Shown: positions 27,605 to 37,133, numbered from the stretch's first letter. The stretch is DNA of 64,000 bases from Candidatus Eiseniibacteriota bacterium (GCA_043819135.1 JBDRFG010000072.1:8240-72239), one strand, 5' to 3'. The notes: a model not told the origin generated them from the sequence alone. Made by a program: numbers and translations.

Positions 27605-29385
27605 GAGATCATCTCCGTCTCGCTTATCTCAGGGAACTTGACCCTGAATATCTGTTCGAGGTAGCGACGGACCTCCGATCCCGTCTTCATCTTGAGCGCC
27701 TTCGCCACGACACGCCTGGCGTAACCGTAGCTTGTCGACCGGATGATGCTGCGGATCTCCGGCACGACCGACGGAGCGGCCGAGAGTTCGTCGACGCCGA
27801 ACCCCACCAGAAGCAGAGTCGCAAGAGGATCCCCCGCCATCTCTCCGCACACACCGACCCACTTCTTGTGTTTCCTCGCCGCTCTGACGGTCATGTCCAG
27901 CAGTCTCAGCACGGCAGGGTGAAATGGATCGTAGAGGTACGCCACCCTGTCGTTGCCCCGATCGACCGCCAACGTGTACTGGACCAGGTCGTTGGACCCG
28001 ATGCTGAAGAAGTCCGCTACCTCCGCCAGTTCGTCCGCTATCAGGGCGGCAGCCGGTGTCTCTATCATCACGCCAAGTGGGACCTTGTCATCGAACCCCT
28101 GTCCCCGCGCGCGCAGTTCCTGCTTCGCCGCCTCGAGGACCTGCCTCGCGTCCCTCACCTCGTGGAGCGCAGATATCATCGGTAGCATTATCTTAACGTT
28201 CCCGTGCGCGCTCGCGCGGAGGATCGCCCTGAGCTGGCGGAGCAACAGGTGCGGCTGAGAGAGGCTGCACCGGATTCCGCGCCAGCCGAGGAACGGATTC
28301 GCTTCCGGTTCCGGCGCTCCAAGCGGGCCGAACTTGTCCCCCCCGAGATCAACCGTCCGCACGACGACCGTCGCAGGCGCAGCCAGCGACACCACACCTC
28401 TGTAGGCCTCGTACTGCTCGTCCTCAGAGGGGATCTCGTCACCCATGATGAAGAGATACTCGGTCCTGAAGAGACCAATTCCCTCGGCCCCGTGTGATAT
28501 GGCGGAGCGCACCTCATCGGGCATCTCGATGTTGGCGGCCAGTTCGAATCGCCTGCCGTCCACGGTGATGGCAGGTGCGTCCTTCTCCGTCAGAAGCGCC
28601 CTCTCGAACTCCTCATGCTTGCGCCGGCGCTCCTGGTAGTAATCCAGGATCGCCTGGTCGTATCGGTAGATCAGCAGTCCGAGCGTCCCGTCTACGATGA
28701 TCTGCTCGCCCTGATTAATGACGTCCGTGGCTTCGTGCAGTCCGACCACCGCGGGGATCTGCAGCGATCTCGCCATGATGGCGGCGTGTGACGTGCGGCC
28801 ACCGACGTCGGTGGCGAATCCGACGACGCGTTCCTCGTGCATCGACGCCGTATGCGTTGCCGCGAGCTCGTGGGCGATCACGATGACGTCATCGTCAAGG
28901 TGGCGCAGCGACTTCTGCTTGCGTCCGAGAAGCCTCAGCAGGAGACGCCTCTCGATGTCCTTGATGTCAAACACGCGCTCACGCAGGTATTCGTCCTTGG
29001 TGCGCTCCATCACCTTCGTCACCTGGCCTATGGTCTCCGTCAGCGCAAAGGCGGCGCTTTGACGCTCCTCCCGAATGCGACGCTGGGTGCCCTCGATGAC
29101 CATGGAGTCCTTGAGGATCATGAGGTGAGCGTCGAAGATGCGCGCATGCGACTCGCCGAGCGATTCCTCAAGGCCCGCTCTCAGTCGTTCGAGTTCACGC
29201 GTGGTCTCCGCCACGGCGGACATGAAGGAACCGATCTCGCCCTCCACCTCCCCCAGACCGATCTCCTCTTCCTCGACGTGCGGCCGCTCGGTGTCGAGCA
29301 CGAACGCCCTGCCGATGACTATGCCGGAGGAGGCCGGTATGCCATCGAGAATCTCGCACTTACCTATCGCCTTGATGTCTATCAA
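27601..29385 (-). CDS. ptsI: Phosphoenolpyruvate-protein phosphotransferase (PTS Enzyme I)
   Basis: 594 aa. Active-site GGRTSHAAIMARSLQIPAVVG. PEP-utilising C-terminal domain. Confidence 0.95.
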   Translation of the reverse strand: MIDIKAIGKCEILDGIPASSGIVIGRAFVLDTERPHVEEEEIGLGEVEGEIGSFMSAVAETTRELERLRAGLEESLGESHARIFDAHLMILKDSMVIEGTQRRIREERQSAAFALTETIGQVTKVMERTKDEYLRERVFDIKDIERRLLLRLLGRKQKSLRHLDDDVIVIAHELAATHTASMHEERVVGFATDVGGRTSHAAIMARSLQIPAVVGLHEATDVINQGEQIIVDGTLGLLIYRYDQAILDYYQERRRKHEEFERALLTEKDAPAITVDGRRFELAANIEMPDEVRSAISHGAEGIGLFRTEYLFIMGDEIPSEDEQYEAYRGVVSLAAPATVVVRTVDLGGDKFGPLGAPEPEANPFLGWRGIRCSLSQPHLLLRQLRAILRASAHGNVKIMLPMISALHEVRDARQVLEAAKQELRARGQGFDDKVPLGVMIETPAAALIADELAEVADFFSIGSNDLVQYTLAVDRGNDRVAYLYDPFHPAVLRLLDMTVRAARKHKKWVGVCGEMAGDPLATLLLVGFGVDELSAAPSVVPEIRSIIRSTSYGYARRVVAKALKMKTGSEVRRYLEQIFRVKFPEISETEMIS

Positions 29386-29398
29386 ATGCCGACCGCCT

Positions 29399-29659
29399 CT
29401 ACTCTGATTCCGTCTCGAGGAACTCCGCCACCGCCTCCATGGCCTCCTGCTCGTCGGGGCCCTCCGCGGTCACGATCACTTCACTCCCGCACTCAGCCGC
29501 GAGCATCATGACCCCCATGATGCTCTTGGCGTCGACGGTGGTGTCCTCCTTGGTGAGCTTCACGTCCGACCGGAAGCGGGTAGCGAGCCGCACAAGCTCT
29601 GCGGCAGGCCGCGCGTGCAGGCCGTGCTTGCTTGCGAGAACTACCGTGCGCTCTATCAA
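29399..29659 (-). CDS. ptsH: Phosphocarrier protein HPr (His-15 and Ser-46 both present)
   Basis: 86 aa. SKHGLHARPAA (His15) and AKSIMGVMML (Ser46, HprK target). Confidence 0.95.
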   Translation of the reverse strand: MIERTVVLASKHGLHARPAAELVRLATRFRSDVKLTKEDTTVDAKSIMGVMMLAAECGSEVIVTAEGPDEQEAMEAVAEFLETESE

Positions 29660-29660
29660 C

Positions 29661-30431
29661 CTATCCTCCGTTCAGTCCCGCCAGGAGCAGCACCACGCCG
29701 CCGGCCGCTCCACCCAGAGCGACCAGCATCGCCGGGATCCTCACTCTGGATGCCGCGTACGCCAGCGCCACGAAGAGAACCATCATCAGGAGCCTCCAGG
29801 GCTCGGCCGTCCCGTCCCCACGAGTGACCGCCCCGGCGAGGATCAGTCCCACGCCGAAGGCCGCGAGGGCTCTGGTCCACCGCACGGCGCCCTTGAGACC
29901 GGGCCCCAGGACCTCTCTCGCGCCGGCCGGGCCCGCCGCGGCACCGACACCGACGCCCCGGGCCTTAAGCGCGAGGTGCGGGACGCTGTATACGCCCACG
30001 AGCACCAGCGGTGCCCAGACGATGCCCCTGAGGGCCAGAAGCACCGCCAGAGTGGCGGCCAGGGGCCTGAGCGCCCCCCACAGGAACGCATCGCCCGCCA
30101 TGCCGAGAGGGCTCGACAGTCCCTTCTTCAGCGATACGACGGCCGACTCGTCGGCGCCTGCAACCTCTGCCGCCGCTGCGGCTCCCAGGACGTAGGAGGC
30201 GAGCGTCGGGTTGGTGTTGAAGAACCCAAGGTGCCGCCTCAGAAACGCGCGTCTCGCCTCCTTGCTGCGTCCGCACCTGGCGAACACGGGCAGGATCGCA
30301 AAGCAGAACCCGACGTTCTGCATCCCGCGCGGATTCCACGCGGCCTGCAGAAAGAGCGAGCGCCAGAACATCCCCGCGCGCTCAGCGCGCGTCAGGGTAC
30401 CCACAGCTTTCTCGTCGGGCTGCGCTGACAA
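29661..30431 (-). CDS. PTS mannose/fructose/sorbose-family IID component
   Basis: N-terminal GMFWRSLFLQAAWNPRGMQNVGF matches the ManZ signature. Confidence 0.85.
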   Translation of the reverse strand: MSAQPDEKAVGTLTRAERAGMFWRSLFLQAAWNPRGMQNVGFCFAILPVFARCGRSKEARRAFLRRHLGFFNTNPTLASYVLGAAAAAEVAGADESAVVSLKKGLSSPLGMAGDAFLWGALRPLAATLAVLLALRGIVWAPLVLVGVYSVPHLALKARGVGVGAAAGPAGAREVLGPGLKGAVRWTRALAAFGVGLILAGAVTRGDGTAEPWRLLMMVLFVALAYAASRVRIPAMLVALGGAAGGVVLLLAGLNGG

Positions 30432-30538
30432 GGAACCTCCGTGTCACAGACACCACGCTTCCGGTCACGCCCGACTCAACCCCGCGGGCCACACGGACAG
30501 GGAGCACGCTCGCCCCTGCTGAACGACCTCTGCAGTGC

Positions 30539-31216
30539 TCACGCCAGGAGCACGAACGCGAGCCCCGCCGCGAGCCCGGCGACGATGTACGGGCCCTCGC
30601 TCTTCGCCCTTCCCCCGGCCGCGATCGCCACAGCGGCTATCGGGGCGGCCCACAGTGCCGTGGGGAAAACCCCTCTGACCTCGACCGACGCCAACGGTCT
30701 CAGCAGGAGCGAAGTACTCAGTGCCGTCGCGGCCAGGAGAGCGGCGGTAGCGAATCTCGTCACCAGCCCCAGAACTACGGCGGCAGTCACTCCCCGCGGG
30801 TCTCCGTCGTCCGCTCGCGATTCCGCGAGCGTCGAGTACCGCAGGTTCAACCTGCGAACGCCCGATGTCACCTTCTGTCCCGCCGCGCCCGCACACAGCC
30901 CGACGACGACGGCCCCCGCGATGGCCAATCCCTCGGGCATGCCTGAACGAACAAGGATGGCCCCGGCGCCCACGCCGGCCACGCCGGCCACGGCTCCGTC
31001 CGGGAAAGGCGCGGCACCGACCGGCAACACTCCCATCCAGACCAGCTGGAGCGTGGCGCCAACCACGAGTCCGAGGCCGGTATCGCCAACCACGACACCG
31101 GCGACGCTCCCGACCACCAGGGGCTGCGACAGCATCACCTGAAAGGCGGCCGTTGCGTCGACCGAGAGAACGCCGCCGAGCAGCGACAGAACCAGTATCA
31201 TCTGGATATCAGACAT
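30539..31216 (-). CDS. PTS mannose-family IIC component
   Basis: Start reassigned to MSDIQMIL. ManY-like ...GDTGLGLVVGATLQLVWMGVLPVGAAPFPD. Confidence 0.8.
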   Translation of the reverse strand: MSDIQMILVLSLLGGVLSVDATAAFQVMLSQPLVVGSVAGVVVGDTGLGLVVGATLQLVWMGVLPVGAAPFPDGAVAGVAGVGAGAILVRSGMPEGLAIAGAVVVGLCAGAAGQKVTSGVRRLNLRYSTLAESRADDGDPRGVTAAVVLGLVTRFATAALLAATALSTSLLLRPLASVEVRGVFPTALWAAPIAAVAIAAGGRAKSEGPYIVAGLAAGLAFVLLA

Positions 31217-31294
31217 ATGCCCGCTTCCGCACTGACGGTTCGCGCGCGCCGCGCAGGCAGAGAGCCCGCACCTCGCCATCGCGCCGGAAGTCTG

Positions 31295-33484
31295 CTACTC
31301 GGCGGACAACCGAGGGAATTCGAACTCCACTCCGAAGCTCAGTCGCTCCCCACGCCCCGCCCTGACTGGCCAGCGCGTGACCAGCGCTATACCCTGAAAG
31401 ACCCGCTCGAGGCCTCCCTCTGAGTGAGACGCGGTGTCCAGCGGCCAGGTCCAGACGCCGGCGGCAGGCTCGCAGGACACGGAGACCCGCTGCCCTCTGA
31501 GGCGGTCGTCCACGGTCATCGCGGTTACCCCATCCAGGTTCTTCTTCTGTCTGAGTCCGCTACCCTCTTGGCCGTCGACGTGGAACGACACCCACTCCCT
31601 GTCGGGCGTCAGAAAGGACAGGTTCCACTCCGGTGCGAAGAGAACGTCCAGTTCTCCGTCCGGAACGAGGTCGTACTCGACTCGGACCGTGCCCGAACCC
31701 GTCAACCACACGCGCTTCTCGAGGGTCACGGGGCAGGCTGCTCCCGCGCTCTGCACGGCTCCGAACCTCTTCATCTCCACGCCGACCGAGTCCTCTCTCC
31801 TTACCAGTTCGAACTCGTAGCTGCTCCAGGCAAAATCGCCCAGTTCACCGACGCCGCTCTCGATATCCGAACGCCTGGCGCCGCGGGCGAAGAAGTGGTC
31901 TATCGCCGCCACACGCGGGTGCGAGTCCGCTCCGGCAAGGTACGTGAGCCCGTCCTCCTTGGCCACAGGGACGTCGTGGATGTTCCGCACCTTCTCACAC
32001 TCGATGCTGCACGTGTCGGGAATGTCGTCATGGTAGGCCTCATCGTAGCGCGACATGGTCGCCAGTGCGTTCCAATCCGCCGACCTCACGTCCAGCTCGA
32101 AGATCGTGCCTCCGCGTGAAGGCGCGACGTAAACGTTCGCGTGGTGCGACTCGAGGAGAACTTCGTCGCGACCGTCAAGATCATGGTCCATGATCTCGGC
32201 GCGGTCCCACGTTCCACCCCGGGCTTCTTCTATCAACCGCTCCGCCCTTATCAGGTGGTCGTAGATAGCGGTTCTCAGGTGTGGAAGGTACAGACCGCCG
32301 AAGATCCCATGCCAGTACGCGCAGTTACACTGACCCCTCCACAGATCGCGCGTCGCCTCCTCGAGCACGGCCGCGTCGACCGAGGCCAGAACGCCTCCCG
32401 CCGACTCCGTCGCGCCGGGGGGACCGTCCGCAGCCCCGAGCATGTCGGATGCCTGTCGCACCGCCGCGATCTTGTCGCTGACGCGCATCATCTTCCTGAC
32501 CATCAGATTCGATTCCTCGTACTTGGACAGGAAGCCCTTCCAGGTCCCTCCCGAAACGAACGGCCCCCACTCCTCCAGAACACCGTCGTCTCCGAGCTTG
32601 CCGATGAACCGCTCGTAGCTTCGTCTGGCCTTCGTCGGCAGGGCCCACTCCATCATCTCCGGATACGACGAGGTCGGCAGGTAGGCACGCCCCCTCGGCG
32701 CCACATCGTCGACGATCTCCGCGAACGTTGCCGTCTTCACCCAGTCCTGGTTCTCCGAGAGCAGCTTGAGGAAGCGTTTCAGCCATCCGCCGACGTGCAC
32801 GTGCGCGTGAGTGCCGGGCCAGACACCGAACTTCTCCCCGTCGTCACCGAACACCGCGACGTGACCGTCGCCCCGTTCGGCGACCGAGCGCAGGATAGAC
32901 AGGGTCTCGTCCGGATCGGCGAACGGGATCGCGTACCGGAGTCTCTTGCTGATAGGGAAAGCGTGGACGGCGACGCCCTGCTCTTCGACGAGGAAAGGCC
33001 CGACGAGGTCGTCGTCCTCTATACCGGCGAGGCGGAATTCGTAGTCGTCGAGCGGCAGATACTCCATCCCCGACTCGCGGATGGTCTTCGCCAGACGCGG
33101 CTCCCAGACCCTCTCTGCCAGCCACATACCTCGGGGTCGCGCCCCAAAACGGTCGGACACGTAATCCGTCATCATCCGGATCTGACCGCGGGCGTCCCGC
33201 TCGGGGATCGCGCACAGGATTGGCTCATAGAAGGCGCCGCCGAGGACCTCGACCTGGCCCCTGGCGACCAGGACGCGCACGCGCTCGATGTAGTCGGGAG
33301 CGTGCTCTTCGTACCACTCCAGGAGCGGCCCCGTGTTGTGAAGCACGATCTTGATCTCAGGGAACTGCTCTATGGTCTCAAGGAACGGAAGGTAGGCCCG
33401 CGTGTATGCGTCCTGAAACACCTCCGGGAGGTTACCGACAGGCTGGTGGTTGTGTATGCAGAGGACAAGCGTGACACCGTTCAT
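31295..33484 (-). CDS. Glycoside hydrolase family 57 enzyme (4-alpha-glucanotransferase / amylopullulanase-like)
   Basis: N-terminal CIHNHQPVGN GH57 hallmark. Catalytic-region WLAERVWEP. Start reassigned to MNGVTLV (ATG near 33484), which has an AAGGAG RBS 10 nt upstream. Confidence 0.85.
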   Translation of the reverse strand: MNGVTLVLCIHNHQPVGNLPEVFQDAYTRAYLPFLETIEQFPEIKIVLHNTGPLLEWYEEHAPDYIERVRVLVARGQVEVLGGAFYEPILCAIPERDARGQIRMMTDYVSDRFGARPRGMWLAERVWEPRLAKTIRESGMEYLPLDDYEFRLAGIEDDDLVGPFLVEEQGVAVHAFPISKRLRYAIPFADPDETLSILRSVAERGDGHVAVFGDDGEKFGVWPGTHAHVHVGGWLKRFLKLLSENQDWVKTATFAEIVDDVAPRGRAYLPTSSYPEMMEWALPTKARRSYERFIGKLGDDGVLEEWGPFVSGGTWKGFLSKYEESNLMVRKMMRVSDKIAAVRQASDMLGAADGPPGATESAGGVLASVDAAVLEEATRDLWRGQCNCAYWHGIFGGLYLPHLRTAIYDHLIRAERLIEEARGGTWDRAEIMDHDLDGRDEVLLESHHANVYVAPSRGGTIFELDVRSADWNALATMSRYDEAYHDDIPDTCSIECEKVRNIHDVPVAKEDGLTYLAGADSHPRVAAIDHFFARGARRSDIESGVGELGDFAWSSYEFELVRREDSVGVEMKRFGAVQSAGAACPVTLEKRVWLTGSGTVRVEYDLVPDGELDVLFAPEWNLSFLTPDREWVSFHVDGQEGSGLRQKKNLDGVTAMTVDDRLRGQRVSVSCEPAAGVWTWPLDTASHSEGGLERVFQGIALVTRWPVRAGRGERLSFGVEFEFPRLSAE

Positions 33485-33510
33485 TGACAGACGCTCCTTG
33501 GGACCCGCCC

Positions 33511-34002
33511 TCACTTCTCTTCGAGCGCTCGAAGCAGGACGGCCAGGTCCTGCGGCTGCGCCTGCGGGACGTCGCCGGCCGTAAGCTTGGTGCCCCCAGC
33601 CATGATCACCTTCATGGCCGCGACGTCCTCATCATCGACGAACACATAAGGGAGAAGCTCTCGCTTTCCCTCGGCGTAGTGCATTCCTCCGATGTTCGCC
33701 TCGGAGATATCGAGGCCGGCCCGGATGAGCGCCAGGAGGTCACCCGGGCTCTCCACGATGACGAACGTGCGCTCGCCGTCCCACGTGCCCGCCTTGAGTC
33801 CCTCGGCGAAACCCTCGCGCGTCACTATCGACACGCGGACTCCCATTGCGTCCGTGTCTGCATAGAGGTCGCACCTCCAATCGCAGCAGGCAACCTCGTC
33901 GCTGACAAGGACCATATGCTCGGGTGAGAGCCAGGCACCCCAGGCCATCGTCACCTGGCCATGAATCAACCGGTCGTCGACCCTGACGAGTACGAACGCC
34001 AT
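33511..34002 (-). CDS. PTS mannose-family IIB component
   Basis: RVDDRLIHGQV phosphohistidine motif of IIB(Man). Confidence 0.85.
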   Translation of the reverse strand: MAFVLVRVDDRLIHGQVTMAWGAWLSPEHMVLVSDEVACCDWRCDLYADTDAMGVRVSIVTREGFAEGLKAGTWDGERTFVIVESPGDLLALIRAGLDISEANIGGMHYAEGKRELLPYVFVDDEDVAAMKVIMAGGTKLTAGDVPQAQPQDLAVLLRALEEK

Positions 34003-34029
34003 GCACGAACTCCCTTGACCGTACTCCCG

Positions 34030-34428
34030 TCAGACAATGCGCACGGCGTCTCGGCCGCGCTCCCTGACCATGTGGATCAGTTCCACCACCCCGGTGCGGT
34101 CCCGCTTCACGAAGAACTCGAGGAGCATCATCAGATTAACGCCGGTCAGTGCCCGGACGCCTCCTCCAGATGCCACGATCTCCTGACAGACGTGGTGACA
34201 GCTTCCGCCCGGCATGTCGCTTATCAGCACCACCTCACACTCGGAAGCCAGACTCGCCACGGCGGCCTCGACCGCCTCCTTGAGTTCAGTGAGACTCATG
34301 CCGGTGTTGGACACCGCCACCCAGTTCGACTGCGTCCCGAGAATCCCCTGCACGGCATCCAACAGGCACTTCCCGACATTGCCGTGTGCCACGATAACGC
34401 ACCCTATGCGGTTGCCCTGGCTGCTCAC
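34030..34428 (-). CDS. PTS mannose-family IIA component
   Basis: IGCVIVAHGNVGKCLLDAVQGILG (IIA-Man His). GTG start forms GTGA with the hprK stop. The track ORF is spuriously extended. Confidence 0.8.
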   Translation of the reverse strand: MSSQGNRIGCVIVAHGNVGKCLLDAVQGILGTQSNWVAVSNTGMSLTELKEAVEAAVASLASECEVVLISDMPGGSCHHVCQEIVASGGGVRALTGVNLMMLLEFFVKRDRTGVVELIHMVRERGRDAVRIV

Positions 34429-35396
34429 TCGTCGTCCCCTTGCGTTGCGCGCAGCACGCCTGCCTGCCTTGCAATGGCGTCCCTCTGGCGTCTGTCGAAG
34501 TCCTTCGCCGCGTTGATGCCCCTGAGCTTGAGGAGATAGTTCAGAGCAATGACCTCGGAAATGACGGTGATGTTCTTCCCGAGGACCAGAGGGAGCGTCA
34601 CCGCCGGGATCTCGACCCCAAGGATCTCCGACGTCTCGTCCTCGAAGCCCAATCGTTCGTAGTCGGACAGTTCCGACCACGCCGCCAGCTTGACCTCCAC
34701 CTCGATGCGCTTCCGCTGTCGAAAGGCCCTGGTCCCGAACATCGCCTGGACGTCAATGATGCCAACGCCCCGGATCTCCATGTAGTTCTGCAGGAGCTCG
34801 CTGCCGTAGCCGACCAGGAAACCTCTGCGCGTCCGCATGACGCAGACGGCATCATCGGCGACGAGCCTGTGCCCGTTCGCCACGAGATCGAGACCGCACT
34901 CGCTCTTCCCGATGCCGCTCTTGCCGGTGAAGAGAAGCCCCACGCCGTTGACGTCCACGAGCGTGCCGTGCACGATCTTCTGAGGTGCGAGCAGGTCCTC
35001 CAGCCCCGAGACGAGCTCCCTCACGAGCCGCTCGGACGTCAGCGGCGTCGCAAGGACGGAAACGCCGCGCGCGTTGCCCAGCTCCACGAGCCGCGCGGGT
35101 GGCACCTGGCCGTCTGTGACTATGATGCACGGGACGGGCGGAGCGCACAGCCTCTCGAACGCTGCGACGCGTGCGCCCTCCTCCAGAGAGTCGACGTAGC
35201 TCACCTCGTGCGCACTGAGAACCTGAACGCGCTCAGCGTGGAATCCGTCGGCAAACCCGGCAAGAAACAGACCAGGGAGGCTGACTCCGCTGTCGCGTAT
35301 GACACCGCCTGAGCACTCCGGCCCGGTCGCGGCGGACAGGGACAGACTCTCCCCCATCCGCATCACAAGTGAGCGGGTCGTAAGTTCTTCGTTCAC
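34425..35396 (-). CDS. hprK: HPr kinase/phosphorylase
   Basis: P-loop GKSGIGKSECGLDL. HprK C-terminal domain. Confidence 0.9.
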   Translation of the reverse strand: MNEELTTRSLVMRMGESLSLSAATGPECSGGVIRDSGVSLPGLFLAGFADGFHAERVQVLSAHEVSYVDSLEEGARVAAFERLCAPPVPCIIVTDGQVPPARLVELGNARGVSVLATPLTSERLVRELVSGLEDLLAPQKIVHGTLVDVNGVGLLFTGKSGIGKSECGLDLVANGHRLVADDAVCVMRTRRGFLVGYGSELLQNYMEIRGVGIIDVQAMFGTRAFRQRKRIEVEVKLAAWSELSDYERLGFEDETSEILGVEIPAVTLPLVLGKNITVISEVIALNYLLKLRGINAAKDFDRRQRDAIARQAGVLRATQGDDE

Positions 35397-35464
35397 GCTC
35401 GTGCCTCCCGCCGGAGCGACGCCTCCCGCCGGAGCGGGGCCTCACGCCGCGCTCGCTCCCGCCG

Positions 35465-35983
35465 CTACGCCGGCTCCACAAGCCCGTAGTCCCCGTCGCC
35501 GCGACGGTAGATGACGTTGATCTTCTCGGTCTCCGAGTTCGTGAAGACGAGGAACGCAACCTTGAGTTCGTCGAGTTCGCTGAACGCCTCGGCCGGCGTC
35601 ATGGCCTTCGACGCGAGCTTCTCCGGCACAATGCCGAGGTCCTCCATGGAGGCGCCGGCAAACGCCATGGCCACGTCGGCCGTAGCATCCACACCCTTGT
35701 GGTGCCTGATGCGCTCCTTGTGTCGCCGTATCTGCCGCTCCACCTTCTCTATCGAACGATCGAAGGCGGACCTCATGTCATCGGCCGTCTGCTCGCTCGA
35801 GATGACGGCACGGGACGCATGCACGGTGACATCCGCGATGCAGCGATGTCCTTCCGTGGTGAAGACGACGTGCGCCTCGTCCACGCGGTCGAAATAGCGT
35901 GCCAGGCGTTCTATCCTGCTGTCGACGTGCTCCCTCAACTCCGGCTCGAGTTCACAGTGTCTGCACGTGAGCCTCGTCCTCAT
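35465..35983 (-). CDS. hpf: Ribosome hibernation promoting factor, long form
   Basis: Start reassigned to MRTRLTCRH. S30AE domain plus C-terminal dimerisation domain ...EKINVIYRRGDGDYGLVEP. Confidence 0.85.
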   Translation of the reverse strand: MRTRLTCRHCELEPELREHVDSRIERLARYFDRVDEAHVVFTTEGHRCIADVTVHASRAVISSEQTADDMRSAFDRSIEKVERQIRRHKERIRHHKGVDATADVAMAFAGASMEDLGIVPEKLASKAMTPAEAFSELDELKVAFLVFTNSETEKINVIYRRGDGDYGLVEPA

Positions 35984-36891
35984 GCCCGCTCCTTTCCCAA
36001 CATGCTGCCTTCCGTGGACGGGCGTCGCTGGCTCAGCGCCGCGACCGCCTCGTGAGCACGATACGAACTCCTGACGAACGGCCCCGCAGACACCCAACGG
36101 AACCCCATCGACCTGCACATCACGGCGAGTTCGTCGAATTCCTCGGGCGGCACGAAACGCGCCACCGGGTAGTGGTCAACCGACGGCCTGAGATACTGAC
36201 CCAGGCAGACGATCTCCGCCCCCGCCGACCTGATATCCGCGAGAGTTCGTTCGAGTTCCTCTCGCGTCTCTCCTATTCCCAGCATCAACGACGACTTGAC
36301 GAACGCCCCGGACCTCGAGGCTGCGGCGTGCGACAGCACGTCGAGCGATCGCTCGTAGCGCGCGCGCCCTCTCACCATCGGGTAGAGCCGCCGGACCGTC
36401 TCGACGTTGTGACCGAAGACGTCCGGCCCGGATCCGAGAACTACATCGATGGCCTCCCGCGAGCCGTTGAAGTCCGGAACCAGCACCTCGACACCCACGC
36501 CGGTCCTGGAGGCGCGCACGGCCCGGACGGTCGCGGCGAATTGAGACGCCCCGCCGTCCGCTAGGTCGTCCCGCGTCACAGACGTCACCACCACGAAATC
36601 GAGCCCGAGCGTCGTGGCCGCCGAGGCCACCTCATCGGGCTCCGCTGGGTCCAGCGGGAGCGGATCTGCGTGTGAGACCGCGCAGAATCTGCAGTCCCGG
36701 GTGCATCTGTCTCCCAGGATCATGAATGTCGCCGTTCCCCGGGAGAAGCAATCGACACGATTCGGACACTTCGCCTCGTCGCACACGGTGTTCAGACGAT
36801 GCGACTCAAGCGTCTTCCGAACCCGCCTTGTCTCCCCGAAGTCGGTCATAGGCTTCGTCAGCCAGCCCGGAAGGCGCACCCCCATCTTCAC
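35980..36891 (-). CDS. lipA: Lipoyl synthase
   Basis: Auxiliary cluster CDEAKCPNRVDC plus radical-SAM CTRDCRFCAV. Confidence 0.9.
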   Translation of the reverse strand: MKMGVRLPGWLTKPMTDFGETRRVRKTLESHRLNTVCDEAKCPNRVDCFSRGTATFMILGDRCTRDCRFCAVSHADPLPLDPAEPDEVASAATTLGLDFVVVTSVTRDDLADGGASQFAATVRAVRASRTGVGVEVLVPDFNGSREAIDVVLGSGPDVFGHNVETVRRLYPMVRGRARYERSLDVLSHAAASRSGAFVKSSLMLGIGETREELERTLADIRSAGAEIVCLGQYLRPSVDHYPVARFVPPEEFDELAVMCRSMGFRWVSAGPFVRSSYRAHEAVAALSQRRPSTEGSMLGKERA

Positions 36892-37133
36892 TCGACGTCT
36901 ATCCTCCCCAGCCTCTCACCCGGCGCGACCGTCGAGTCCTCCTGCGCCAGGATCTCGGCCAGAGTTCCCGTGTAGCGAGAGATTACAGCCATCGCAGTCT
37001 TGTCCTCGACCGACTCCACCACTAGCAACTCGTCGCCCTCGTGCACGGCAGCACCCGGGTCCACCTTCCAGTACGAGATGGTGAACTCGATCGCTTCCGT
37101 CTCCGCCGCTTCCAGGATGATGTCTCTGAGCAC
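36888..37133 (-). CDS. Stand-alone lipoyl/biotinyl-attachment domain protein (GcvH-like carrier)
   Basis: 81 aa. ...LLVVESVEDKTAMAVIS... with a candidate modifiable Lys. 4-nt overlap with lipA start. Confidence 0.55.
   Translation of the reverse strand: MLRDIILEAAETEAIEFTISYWKVDPGAAVHEGDELLVVESVEDKTAMAVISRYTGTLAEILAQEDSTVAPGERLGRIDVE

Noticed and set aside
34030-34680. 216-aa extended ORF for the PTS IIA gene
   Set aside because: The N-terminal 80 residues overlap hprK in another frame and are Arg/Gly-rich. The true start is the GTG at about 34428 (GTGA coupling).
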